DNA of 64,000 nt from an uncultured Acidimicrobiales bacterium (GCA_963814655.1 CAWFDU010000005.1:10069-74068); one strand, 5' to 3'; numbered from the stretch's first letter, positions 38,771 through 48,229 are shown. Made by a program: numbers and translations. The notes: generated from the letters alone by a model not told the origin.

Positions 38771-39124
38771 TCAGGCGGGCTCCCACAGCTCGATCCGATT
38801 GCCCTCCGGATCGGTGACCCACCCGAACCGGCCGACTCCCTCCATGTCCTGGGTCTCACGGGCCACGTCCGCCCCGCGGCGCCGTAGCTGCGCCAGCATC
38901 GCATCCAGGTCGCGGACCCGGAAGTTGACCATGGTCTGCTGGGAGCGGGACCCGAAGTATCCGGTGTCGGACTCGAACGTGGCGAACACCGTCGGCCCGT
39001 CGGCCTGGTGCCACGGGCCGTGCGCATCGGCGTCCAGGCCCAGGCAGTCCCGGTACCACTCGCCCAGGGCGGCCGGGTCGGTGGCCCGCAGGAAGTACCC
39101 ACCGATGCCGAGCACCCGTTCCAC
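38771..39124 (-). CDS. VOC (glyoxalase / bleomycin-resistance / dioxygenase) family protein.
   Basis: Candidate GTG at 39122-39124. Sequence VERVLGIGGYFLRATDPAALGEWYRDCLGL...NFRVRDLDAMLAQLRRRGADV...GWVTDPEGNRIELWE. Confidence 0.7.
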   Translation of the reverse strand: MERVLGIGGYFLRATDPAALGEWYRDCLGLDADAHGPWHQADGPTVFATFESDTGYFGSRSQQTMVNFRVRDLDAMLAQLRRRGADVARETQDMEGVGRFGWVTDPEGNRIELWEPA

Positions 39125-39225
39125 ACCCCAATCCTGCCAGGACGGAACGGTACTCGCCGGAGCCGGTGCCCCGGGACCGGCGGGCGTGACCCACGCCGGA
39201 CGTGGGTGGAGGGTGGGGGGTCCCG

Positions 39226-40683
39226 TCACGGCCGGCCGAACCAGGTGGTCAGGGCGTCACGCAGACCGACGTCGGAGCCGTCGCCGACCCAGGCGACGTA
39301 GCCGTCGGGACGGACCAGCACGGCGGAGGGCGCCGTGACCTCGCCGAGCACCGGGAGCTCCCACGGACCGGCGCAGTCGGCGCCGATCAGTCGGACCCGG
39401 TCGTCCCACGGAGCGATGTCGATGACCCCGGATCCACCGAGGTCGAGCAGCACCGGTTCGGCGTCGTGCAGCAGGGTGAAGACGCGGTGCGGTCCGTCGG
39501 CGGACACGAGGTCCAGATCGGGCATCCGGCGCCCGAGCAGGGGGTGGCCCTCCCCGAGGTCGTAGTGGATGTCCAGGCCGGAGACGATGCCGGCGAGCCG
39601 CGTACGGGGCCCGTCCATCGACACCAGGTCCGACAGCACCCCGACGAGCGCCGCCGTACGTGCGTCCCCGCGCTGGAGCAGGCCTGACGCCATCGTGAAC
39701 TGGAGGGCGCGGGCGGCGACCGGGTGCCGCTCGTCCTGATAGGTGTCCAGCAGATCGTCCGGCGAGGTCCCGTCGACCACGCGGGCCAGCTTCCATCCCA
39801 GGTTCACCGCGTCCTGCACCCCCAGGCTCAGGCCCTGTCCGCCCGCCGGGTAGTGCACATGCGCGGCATCGCCCGCCAGGAGGACGCGCCCGGCGCGGTA
39901 GGTCGCGGCCTGACGTGTCATGTCGGTGAACCGGGAGATCCACGTGGGACTGTGGATCCCGAAATCGGTCCCGTAGACGGCGACGAGTGCTTCACGCAGA
40001 TCGCGCAGGGTGGGTTCGTCGCCCGATCCGAGGTGGCGCTCCGTCACGACGACCCGCACGGTGCGTCCGTCCTCCATCAGGTGGAGTCCGTGCACGCCGA
40101 CGGCATCGGTGCGGATCCCCTTCGGCGTCTCCTCCCGCACCTCGACCTCGGCGATCAGGTTGCTCTTCGTCGGGTCCCAACCCGGGAAGGCGATGCCGGC
40201 CGCCCTCCGGACGACGCTTCGCCCCCCGTCGCAACCGACCAGGTACTGCGCCCGGATCGACCGGCCGTCGGACAGCCCGACGTCGACACCGGTGCCGTCC
40301 TGCTCCGCGCCCGTCACCTCGCATCCGTGGAGGACCCGCACCCGCAGCTCGGCGATCCAGTCGGCCATGATCCGCTCGATCCGGTTCTGCCAGATCCCGA
40401 GCGAGTAGGGATGGCGCGTCGGAAAGTCGCTCATGTCCAACACCGTCGTCCCGAACATCGCCGCCTGGGCCGTCTGACCCTCCGCCAGGAAGCGGTCCGC
40501 GACGCCGCGCTGATCGAGCACCTCGATCGTGCGCGCGTGGAATCCTCCGGCCCGCGAGCCGACGAGGACGTGATCGGGCCGCCGTTCGACGACGACCACG
40601 TCGACACCCGCCAACGCCAGCTCGGCCGCCAGCATCATCCCTGACGGGCCGCCCCCGGCGACCACCACCGCATGCTCGGCCAT
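39226..40683 (-). CDS. Group A FAD-dependent aromatic/polyketide monooxygenase with a thioredoxin-like C-terminal domain (Rox/RIFMO-like is one possibility).
   Basis: ATG follows GAGGAGG. Contains VVVAGGGPSGMMLAAELA, LVGCDGGRSVVRR, LLAGDAAHVHYPAGGQGLSLGVQDAVNLGWKLA and the C-terminus RPDGYVAWVG...TTWFG. Confidence 0.8.
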   Translation of the reverse strand: MAEHAVVVAGGGPSGMMLAAELALAGVDVVVVERRPDHVLVGSRAGGFHARTIEVLDQRGVADRFLAEGQTAQAAMFGTTVLDMSDFPTRHPYSLGIWQNRIERIMADWIAELRVRVLHGCEVTGAEQDGTGVDVGLSDGRSIRAQYLVGCDGGRSVVRRAAGIAFPGWDPTKSNLIAEVEVREETPKGIRTDAVGVHGLHLMEDGRTVRVVVTERHLGSGDEPTLRDLREALVAVYGTDFGIHSPTWISRFTDMTRQAATYRAGRVLLAGDAAHVHYPAGGQGLSLGVQDAVNLGWKLARVVDGTSPDDLLDTYQDERHPVAARALQFTMASGLLQRGDARTAALVGVLSDLVSMDGPRTRLAGIVSGLDIHYDLGEGHPLLGRRMPDLDLVSADGPHRVFTLLHDAEPVLLDLGGSGVIDIAPWDDRVRLIGADCAGPWELPVLGEVTAPSAVLVRPDGYVAWVGDGSDVGLRDALTTWFGRP

Positions 40684-40739
40684 GTGCGGCCCCCTCCTCG
40701 TCGTCTCCGCATCCCGGTCGCGGAGATTGTGCGCAGCGA

Positions 40740-40767
40740 GGGGGTCCTTGCCGCAAGCGCAGGATCC
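40740..40767. promoter_or_regulatory. G-run plus a 5+1+5 inverted repeat upstream of the monooxygenase gene (possible operator, RAE-like).
   Basis: The plus strand reads GGGGGTCCTTGCCGCAAGCGCAGG. The minus strand reads CTTGCGGCAAGGACCCCC, about 60-80 nt upstream of the ATG at 40683, followed by CACAAT and the RBS. Confidence 0.3.
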
Positions 40768-40971
40768 GCGGTACGTTGATCATGGCGGGGTGCACGCGTC
40801 CGACGGGCGGCTGCCGATCGGGCAGCAGTTGTGCGGTCCCGCTCCGCCGCCTTCCACCCGGGGCCAAAGGCCGCTGCCCTCCGGCCGCCTCCCTCCTCCC
40901 GCGGCCCGTCCACGTGGACCGTGCCGCTGTGGCAGGCTCGACCACGGTGCCCCACGTCAGGAGGGACGACG

Positions 40972-41331
40972 GTGATCTTCGGAGCGCACGCGGTCATCTA
41001 CAGCAGGGACGCCCCGGCCGACCGGGCCTTCTTCCGGGACGTGCTGGGATACCCCTCGGTGGACGCGGGCCACGGCTGGCTGATCTTCGCCCTCCCCCCG
41101 GCGGAGCTGGCCATCCATCCCGACGACGGTGGGGGCGGTGGGCACGCGCTGTACCTGATGTGTGACGACCTCCGCAGCCAGATGGACGAGCTTGCCGGGA
41201 GGGGCGTCCACTGCTCCGAGGTCGAGGAGGCCCGATGGGGATCGGTCACGTCGATCCCGCTTCCCGGCGGGGGGGCTGTCGGCCTGTACCAGCCCAGACA
41301 TCCCACCGCGCTGTCGCCGGATCCGACCTGA
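40972..41331 (+). CDS. VOC (glyoxalase-like) family protein.
   Basis: GTG at 40972 follows AGGAGGGA. Sequence VIFGAHAVIYSRDAPADRAFFRDVLGYPSVDAGHGWLIFALPPAELAIHP...VGLYQPRH. Confidence 0.7.
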   Translation: MIFGAHAVIYSRDAPADRAFFRDVLGYPSVDAGHGWLIFALPPAELAIHPDDGGGGGHALYLMCDDLRSQMDELAGRGVHCSEVEEARWGSVTSIPLPGGGAVGLYQPRHPTALSPDPT

Positions 41332-41389
41332 TCGGGCCGACCGGGCCGACCGGGCCCGGGATCCTCGGGACCTCGTCCATACTGGGCGG

Positions 41390-42034
41390 ATGGAGCCGCT
41401 CGCCCTGTTCGATCTCGACAACACCCTGCTGGACCGCGAGCGGGCGTTCGCCCTGTGGACCGACGGCTTCATCCGGACCCACGGCCTCCACCCCGACGCC
41501 GCCGCGGTGATCACCCGGGCCGACGCCGACGGATTCGCACCCCGCGACGCGTTCTTCGCCGAGGTGAAGGGTGAGCTGGGCATCGGCACGGACACGGGCG
41601 AGCTGCTCGAGGCCTACGCCGTCGAGTATCCGGCCCGGTACACCGCCGACCCCGCGATGATCGGGTCCGTCCGGCGCCTGCGGGCGTCCGGGTGCAAGGT
41701 GGGTGTGGTCACCAACGGACCTCCGTCGCAGTGGGCCAAGTTCGAGGCGGCCGGGATCGTCGACGAGTTCGACGCCGTGTGCATCTCCGCCCTCGTCGGC
41801 TCGTGGAAGCCGGACCTCGCCATCTTCCGGGAGGCGGCCCGCCTCTGCCGGGTCCCGCTCGAGGGCTGGATGGTCGGTGACTCGGCCGAGGCCGACATCG
41901 GCGGGGGCGCCAACGCCGGACTCACCACGATCTGGATGTCCCGCGGTCGGACGTGGACGACGGAGGGGCTGCGTCCCGACCACGTCGTCGACACGATCCC
42001 CCAGGCGGTCGACGTGATCCTCGGGGCGGGCTGA
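41390..42034 (+). CDS. HAD-superfamily hydrolase (subfamily IA-like).
   Basis: Motif I is LFDLDNTL, motif II is VVTNG, and the Lys lies in GSWKPD. Motif IV is MVGDSAEADIGGGANAG. Confidence 0.8.
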   Translation: MEPLALFDLDNTLLDRERAFALWTDGFIRTHGLHPDAAAVITRADADGFAPRDAFFAEVKGELGIGTDTGELLEAYAVEYPARYTADPAMIGSVRRLRASGCKVGVVTNGPPSQWAKFEAAGIVDEFDAVCISALVGSWKPDLAIFREAARLCRVPLEGWMVGDSAEADIGGGANAGLTTIWMSRGRTWTTEGLRPDHVVDTIPQAVDVILGAG

Positions 42035-42077
42035 ACGGGCGTCCGGCCGCCGGGGTCCCGGCCCGTGGTGGTCACCG

Positions 42078-42100
42078 CCTCCGGGCTCCCGCCCCGGAGG
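42078..42100. terminator. Hairpin between the convergent HAD and proB genes.
   Basis: CCTCCGGG (42078-42085) pairs with CCCGGAGG (42093-42100) around a 7-nt loop. Confidence 0.4.
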
Positions 42101-42101
42101 G

Positions 42102-43211
42102 TCAGATCAGCACGACGAGGTCGTCCCGGTGGACCACCTCGGCCGACACGTCCTCGGGCAGGTCCTCGGAGCGGTGTCCGGCCCAACCCACCAGGTCGGG
42201 GGCGGCGTGGCGCACGAGGCCCTTGGCGAACACCCCGCCGTCCGGACCCACCAGCTCCACGGCGTCGTCCACGCCGAAATCGCCCCGCACGGACACGATG
42301 CCCGCCGGCAGCAACGACCTCCCCCGCTCGACGAGCGCCTGCCGGGCCCCCGCGTCCACCTCGATCGACCCCGAGGCCCCGATGGCGAAGGCGATCCACA
42401 GCTTGCGGGCCGGTAGGACCACCTCCCGTGGCCGAAAGCGGGTCCCGATCCCCGGGGTGCCTTCCGCCACGGAGGCGAGCACCCCCGGTCGGGCGGCGTC
42501 GGCGATGACCGCCTCGATGCCCGACCACACGGCGATCTTGGCCGCCGCCAGCTTCGATCCCATCCCACCGCTCCCCACCGCCGACCCCGGACCCCCGGCG
42601 ATGGCCTCCAACTCGTGGTCGATCTCGACCACCTCCTCGATGAGCGAGGCGTCGGTCTCGCTCCGGGGGTCCCCGGTCAGGAGTCCCGCGGTGTCGGTCA
42701 GCAGCACCAGCAGGCCGGCCGACACCAGGTGGGCGACCAGTGCGGCCAGCCGGTCGTTGTCGCCGAACCGGATCTCCTCGTCGGCCACGGCGTCGTTCTC
42801 GTTGACGACGGGGACGACACCCAGCTCGAGCAGGCGGCCCAGGGTCTGGCGGGCGTGCAGGTACTGGCTGCGGTGCACGAAGTCGAGCGGTGCGAGCAGG
42901 ACCTGGCCGGCGGGCAGTCCGTGGCTCCCGAGCGAGTCGCTCCACACCCGCATGAGCAGGTGCTGGCCGACGGCGGCCACGGCCTGGAGCGTGGCCAGGT
43001 CGGCGGGTCGGGGACGGCCCTCGGACAGGCTGGTCCAACCGGCGGCGATGGCTCCCGAGGTGACCACGACGACCCGGTGACCTGCGGCCTGTGCCTGGGC
43101 CACCTCGCCGGCGAGCTTGTCGATGGCCTCGGTGTCGACCCGACCGTCGGCGGTGGTGACCGACGACGACCCGATCTTGACGACCAGGGTGCGGCCTGCG
43201 ATCCCGCTCAT
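42102..43211 (-). CDS. proB: Glutamate 5-kinase (with PUA domain).
   Basis: ATG at 43209-43211. Contains LVVKIGSSSVT, VVVTSGAIAAG, PVVNENDAVA and GMGSKLAAAK. Also has a C-terminal PUA-like part. Confidence 0.95.
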   Translation of the reverse strand: MSGIAGRTLVVKIGSSSVTTADGRVDTEAIDKLAGEVAQAQAAGHRVVVVTSGAIAAGWTSLSEGRPRPADLATLQAVAAVGQHLLMRVWSDSLGSHGLPAGQVLLAPLDFVHRSQYLHARQTLGRLLELGVVPVVNENDAVADEEIRFGDNDRLAALVAHLVSAGLLVLLTDTAGLLTGDPRSETDASLIEEVVEIDHELEAIAGGPGSAVGSGGMGSKLAAAKIAVWSGIEAVIADAARPGVLASVAEGTPGIGTRFRPREVVLPARKLWIAFAIGASGSIEVDAGARQALVERGRSLLPAGIVSVRGDFGVDDAVELVGPDGGVFAKGLVRHAAPDLVGWAGHRSEDLPEDVSAEVVHRDDLVVLI

Positions 43212-44575
43212 CGGCGGTTCCGTCGACGGCTGGCCGGCTCCCCCGTGAACTCGGGCTGGTCCCGGTACCAGGTGAACGACAGCTCGGCGATGTGCACGGT
43301 GTCGCCGTCGCGCGCGCCCGCCTTGGCCAGCGCCCGGTCGACGCCGAGCCGCCGCAGACGAGCCTGGACGTAGTCGGCCGCCTCGTCGGTGGTCACGTCG
43401 TTGAGGGCGACGGCGCGTTCGGCCACCTTGCCGTGGACGGCGAACTCGTGGTCGCCGATCCGCTCGACGCTGAAGCCCTCGGGCAGTGGCCGGTGGATGA
43501 CGATGGTCCCGTCCGCTTCGGGCTCGGCGGTGCGGGCGCCCGCGACCAGGGTGGTCAGTCGGCCCACCAGGGCCGGGATCCCCTGTCCGGTGATCGACGA
43601 GATGACCAGGTCGGGACGGAACGCGTCCCCGTCCTCCACGACCGCGGCCGACCCGTCCGCGGACCGGTCGAACGACTCGGCCGGCGGCGGTCCGGGCAGG
43701 TCCTCCGGCGCCACCAGGTCGGCCTTGGACCCGACCACCAGGCGGGGCCGGTCCAGAAGGTCGGGCTGGTAGCGCCGCAGCTCGTCCACCAGCACCCGCT
43801 GCTGATCGGCCGGAGCCACCCCGGTCACCGGGTCGAGCTCCACCAGGATGACCAGTGCCCGGGCGCGGGTGATGTGGCGCAGGAACTGGTGACCGAGGCC
43901 CTTGCCCTCCGCCGCCCCTTCGACCAGGCCGGGGATGTCGGCGACGGTGAAGTTCGCCTCGTCGTCGGCCCGCACCACCCCCAGATGGGGCTCCAGCGTG
44001 GTGAACGGGTAGTCGGCGATCTTGGGCTTGGCCGCCGAGATCCGCGAGATCAGGGTGGACTTGCCCACGTTGGGGTAGCCCACCAGGGCGACGTCGGCCA
44101 CCAGGGCGAGCTCGAGGTCGTACCACTCCTCGTGGCCCTTCTCCCCCTGCTCGGCGAAGGTCGGGGCCCGGCGGTTGTTGGACAGGAAGCTGGCGTTGCC
44201 CCGGCCGCCCCGACCCCCCTCGCCGGCCAGCCACCGGTCGCCGGCGTTGGCGAGATCGGCGAGGACGGTCCCGTCGGCCCGGCGGGCACGGGTGCCCACG
44301 GGCACGGGAACCTCGAGATCCCTGCCCCGCGCCCCGTGCTTCTTCTTCCCGCCGCCGTGACCGCCGTTCTCCGCTCCCCGGTGGGGGTGGTCGCGGAACG
44401 GCAGGAGCGAGGACTGGTTGGTGGTGGCGACCAGCCACACGTTGCCGCCCCGGCCACCGTCACCCCCGTCGGGCCCGCCCTTGTCGACGTGCGCCTCGCG
44501 ACGCATCGCCACGGCGCCGGCCCCGCCGTCGCCCGCCTTGACATGGAGTTGCGCCTCGTCGACGAAGCCGGACAT
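43208..44575 (-). CDS. obgE: GTPase ObgE/CgtA.
   Basis: Contains MSGFVDEAQLHVKAGDGGAG, GGDGGRGGNV, the G-domain VGYPNVGKSTLIS...DIPGLVEGA, and a C-terminal TIGR03595-like domain. The stop overlaps the proB start (ATGA). Confidence 0.95.
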   Translation of the reverse strand: MSGFVDEAQLHVKAGDGGAGAVAMRREAHVDKGGPDGGDGGRGGNVWLVATTNQSSLLPFRDHPHRGAENGGHGGGKKKHGARGRDLEVPVPVGTRARRADGTVLADLANAGDRWLAGEGGRGGRGNASFLSNNRRAPTFAEQGEKGHEEWYDLELALVADVALVGYPNVGKSTLISRISAAKPKIADYPFTTLEPHLGVVRADDEANFTVADIPGLVEGAAEGKGLGHQFLRHITRARALVILVELDPVTGVAPADQQRVLVDELRRYQPDLLDRPRLVVGSKADLVAPEDLPGPPPAESFDRSADGSAAVVEDGDAFRPDLVISSITGQGIPALVGRLTTLVAGARTAEPEADGTIVIHRPLPEGFSVERIGDHEFAVHGKVAERAVALNDVTTDEAADYVQARLRRLGVDRALAKAGARDGDTVHIAELSFTWYRDQPEFTGEPASRRRNRR

Positions 44576-44736
44576 GGGACGATCCTACCGATCGGGGGTA
44601 TGCGCCCCGTGTGGGGGCGTCGTGTGCGGGCGGTGCCTCCGGAACGGGGCGCCGGATGGACGACCGGCGGCGCACGGTCGGCGGACCCGGGTGCGTCGCG
44701 CCCCGGGTCCGGTTCCCGGTGGACCGGCGTGAGGTG

Positions 44737-45480
44737 TCAGGCGTCGACCAGGACGGTGGCCCGCAGCCGGTCCATGGCCTCCACCACGCCGAGGGCCACG
44801 GCGAGCTCGTCGTAGGTCCCGTACTCCAGCCGCAGCGCGGCCAGGAACTGTTCCATGGTCTCGGGGACCACATGCAGGATGGCGGGGGCGTACCGCTCCA
44901 CCTGGTCGGCCGCTTCCGGGTACTCGGCCTTCAGCCGATCGAGCAGTCGGCCCATGGCCGCGGCCGACAGGGCGTAGTCCTCGACGATCGTCTCGTCCGG
45001 CACCCCCAGGAAGGCCAGGACCAGGGCCGACAGCACGCCGGTCCGGTCCTTGCCGGCGCTGCAGTGCATGACGGCCGGTAGCGAGTCCCCCGACGCCAGG
45101 ACGTGGATCGCCTCGGTCAGCACCGGACCACCCTCGGAGACCATCGCCCCGTACCGGGTGGCGACGTAGGCCGCCTCCTTCCAGTCCGGAAGGTCCTCGG
45201 TCGCCGGCAGGACGTCGGTCAGCGGCAGGCCCACGTAGCGGACGGGCACGTCGTCCACCGGGAAGCTCCCCCGCTGCTCCGCCTCGTCGCGGGTCCGCAG
45301 GTCGATCACCGTCGTGAGCCCGAGGTCGACCAGCCGGGTCCGGTCGCCCGAGGTCAGCCTGTTCAGCCCGTCGGCCCGGAACAGGCGCCGCCAGGCGACG
45401 GCGCGGCCGTCGGTGGTGCGGTACCCACCGAGGTCCCGGAAGTTGACGCAGCCCTCGAAGGCGAGGGTCCGGGAGGGCAC
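44737..45480 (-). CDS. Protein-tyrosine/dual-specificity phosphatase-like protein (Y_phosphatase3 type).
   Basis: GTG at 45478-45480. N-terminal NFRDLGG motif and the catalytic P-loop HCSAGKDRTG. Confidence 0.8.
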   Translation of the reverse strand: MPSRTLAFEGCVNFRDLGGYRTTDGRAVAWRRLFRADGLNRLTSGDRTRLVDLGLTTVIDLRTRDEAEQRGSFPVDDVPVRYVGLPLTDVLPATEDLPDWKEAAYVATRYGAMVSEGGPVLTEAIHVLASGDSLPAVMHCSAGKDRTGVLSALVLAFLGVPDETIVEDYALSAAAMGRLLDRLKAEYPEAADQVERYAPAILHVVPETMEQFLAALRLEYGTYDELAVALGVVEAMDRLRATVLVDA

Positions 45481-45494
45481 GGGGGGCCGGGGGC

Positions 45495-45749
45495 TCAGTC
45501 GGCGGGGACGACGTCGACCAGCTTGCGGCCCTTGCGGCTCGCGAACTGGACCGTGCCGTCCGCCAGGGCGAACAGCGTGTCGTCCTTGCCCAGCCCGACG
45601 TTGAGGCCGGGGTGGAACTTCGTGCCCCGCTGGCGCACGATGATGGCGCCGGTACGCACGTCGGTGCCGCCGAAGACCTTGACGCCGAGGCGCTGGGCGT
45701 TCGAGTCGCGCCCGTTCCTGGTGGATCCGCCACCCTTGGTCTTGGACAT
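45495..45749 (-). CDS. rpmA: 50S ribosomal protein L27.
   Basis: Sequence [28 protein letters not shown]...[13 protein letters not shown]. Confidence 0.97.
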   Translation of the reverse strand: MSKTKGGGSTRNGRDSNAQRLGVKVFGGTDVRTGAIIVRQRGTKFHPGLNVGLGKDDTLFALADGTVQFASRKGRKLVDVVPAD

Positions 45750-45821
45750 GTGAGGTGCTCCTTGTGGTCGTTCGTGGTCAGCCCACCCGGCGCATGGCGT
45801 CCGGGGCGGTCGGGCGGGTGG

Positions 45822-46133
45822 TCAGCCGGCGGTGATGCCGGTGATGGCGATCGTCGAGTACCGCTGACGGTGGCCCCAACGGGTGCTCTGGTTCGACTTG
45901 TTCTTGTAGGTGTAGCCGCGGATCTTGGGTCCGAGCTCCTCGCCCTTGACCGTCGCGGTGACCGTGGCGCCGGCCAGCTGGGACGGCGTGGCCAGCACGG
46001 TGCCGCCGTCCACGACGAGGACGGGCTCGAAGGTCACCTCGGTGCCGGGCTCCTCGCCCAACAGTTCCACGCGGAGCTCCTGGCCCTCGGCCACTCGCTC
46101 CTGCTTGCCTCCGGTTCTGATGACTGCGTACAT
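45822..46133 (-). CDS. rplU: 50S ribosomal protein L21.
   Basis: Sequence MYAVIRTGGKQERVAEGQEL...KIRGYTYKNKSNQSTRWGHRQRY. Confidence 0.97.
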   Translation of the reverse strand: MYAVIRTGGKQERVAEGQELRVELLGEEPGTEVTFEPVLVVDGGTVLATPSQLAGATVTATVKGEELGPKIRGYTYKNKSNQSTRWGHRQRYSTIAITGITAG

Positions 46134-46145
46134 AGGGATGACAGC

Positions 46146-48208
46146 CTACAGCTCCGGGTCCTCGAATACTATTCCCCTGCCCTCGCAGACCTCGCAGGTG
46201 GTCGACATCGACTCGATGAGGCCCTCCGAGACCCGCTTCCTGGTCATCTCCACGAGCCCGAGTTCCGAGATGTCGAAGACCTGCGTGCGGGTCTTGTCCC
46301 TGGCCAGGGCGGTGCGGAGGGCGGCACCGACCTTGTCGCGGTTCTCCCGGATCTCCATGTCGATGAAGTCGATGACGATGATCCCCCCGATGTCGCGCAG
46401 GCGCAGCTGCCGGGCCACCTCGTCGGCCGCCTCGAGGTTGTTGCGGTACACCGTCTCCTCGAGATTGGTCGTGCCCACGTTCTTGCCCGTGTTGACGTCG
46501 ATGACGGTGAGCGCCTCGGTGCGGTCGATCACGAGCGAGCCACCCGACGGCAGGAACACCTTGCGGTCGAGCGCTTTGTGGAGCTGCTCGTGCACGTGGA
46601 ACCGCTCGAAGATGGGTAGGGCCTCGGCCTCGGTGTCGTAGTACTCCACCCGGTCGGCCAGTTCCGGGTTGACCGCGCCCACGTAGTCCCGGACCTGCTC
46701 GTAGAGGGCGAGGTCGTCGATGACGACGGCCCGGTACTCCCGGTTGAGCTCCTCGCGGATCACCCGCACGGCGATGGCGGGCTCGCGGTACAGCAGGGTG
46801 GCGCCCTGGCCCTTCAGCGAGTCGGCGGCGATGGCGTCCCACTGCTCGACCAGGCGGGCGATGTCGTGCTCGAGCTCCTCGGCGCTGGCACCCGCCGCCG
46901 CCGTGCGGACGATCAGCCCGTGCCCCGCCGGGCGTACGGCGTCGACGATCCTGCGCAGGCGCTTGCGTTCGGCGTCCTCCAGGCGCTTCGAGATGCCGTA
47001 GGCGGTGGAGTTCGGCACCAGGACCACGAACCGGCCGGGCAGCGACACCTCCTGGGTGAGCCGCGCCCCCTTCGCCCCGATCGGATTCTTGGTCACCTGG
47101 CACAGGATGGTCTGACCCGGCTTCAGCAGCTGCTCGATCCGGGGCTGTCCGCCACCCTTCGGCGTCTCCACGTCGTCGGTGTCGTAGCGCACGTCGCCGT
47201 GGTAGAGCACGGCGTTCTTCGGGGTGCCGATGTCGATGAAGGCGGCCTCCATCCCGGGAAGCACGTTCTGGACCCGCCCCCGGTAGATGTTCCCGTCGAT
47301 CTGGGTGGCGTCGTCCGAGGCCCGGGAGATGTAGTGCTCCACCAGCGTACGGCCCTCGAGCAGGGCGATCTGGGTCATCTCCGGACGCACGTGGACGCAG
47401 ATCTGGTAGCGGCCCACCGCCTTGCCCCGGCGTTCGCGTCCTCCGCGCCTGCCCTCGCCCTTGGCCGGGGTCTCGCTCGCACGGGCCGTGCCCGAGCCCG
47501 CACGGGCCGCCGTGGCTGCGCCGCCACCACCGCCGCCTCCGCCGCCTCCGTTGCCGCCGTTGCCGCCGGAGCGGGAGGCGCCCCGGTTGCGGTTCCGCCC
47601 CCCACCGGACCGGGTCGGGGTCGCGGCCGGGGCCGGGGCCGGGCCGGCCGGTGCCGGTCGCGGTGTCGCCGATGGCCGGCCGCGTGTCGCCGATCTTGGG
47701 CCGGTCGACCGGTGCGCCGGGAGGGACCGGGGCCCGGGTGGTGGCCGCGGGTTCCGTCACCGGGCCGGCGGGTCCGCCCTCCGGTGGGCCCGGCGTGGCG
47801 GGAGCCCCGCGGCGGGGCGACGGACGGGCTCCGGCATCGCCGGCGGCCGCGGCCCCGGGTGCGCCCTCGGCCGCGTCGTCGCCGTCCGGGGCGCCGCCCT
47901 GACCGCCCGGGCCGCCGGAACGGCCCCTCCCCCTGCCGCCACGGGATCCCCGGCGGCGGCGGTTGGCGGATCCGGCGCCGGTGCCGTTCGCGCCCGATCC
48001 GGGCGCGCCCGGCGCCCTCCGCGGTCGCCGGGCCACCGGGGGCCGTCGGGCCCGACGGCACCGTCCGTGGGCCTCCCGACGGGGCGGCCGCCGCGTCAGC
48101 GCCGGACGGGACCTCCGGGACGCGGGCCGGCGCCCGTTCGGCGGGGGACGGGGGCGACGGGGGGGCCGGCTGGGCCCCGGGCGTCTGCCCGAGAGGTGCT
48201 TCTGACAT
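46146..48208 (-). CDS. rne: Ribonuclease E/G. The catalytic core is intact, but the Arg/Gly/Pro-rich N-terminal extension is spread over three frames.
   Basis: The core (46146-47417) reads RYQICVHVRPEMTQIALLEG...GNIYRGRVQNVLPGMEAAFIDIG...VIDVNTGK...GGIIVIDFIDM...CEVCEGRG. Its frame stays open and GC3-rich up to a stop at 47757 with no start codon. Upstream coding-like sequence is in two other frames, reaching an ATG at 48206-48208. Confidence 0.8.
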
Positions 48209-48229
48209 CGAATTCCCTTCTGAAACTGC

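Noticed and set aside
40841-40855. CTGCC-GATCG-GGCAG hairpin in the divergent promoter region.
   Set aside because: The stem is only 5 bp, which is common by chance at this GC content.
41333-41359. 9-bp tandem repeat CGGGCCGAC (about 2.7 copies) between the VOC and HAD genes. A similar CGGGACGGA repeat (about 2.7 copies) lies at 63846-63870.
   Set aside because: These are very short, GC-rich and intergenic, with no spacer structure, so they are not CRISPR-like. They are probably trivial slippage products.
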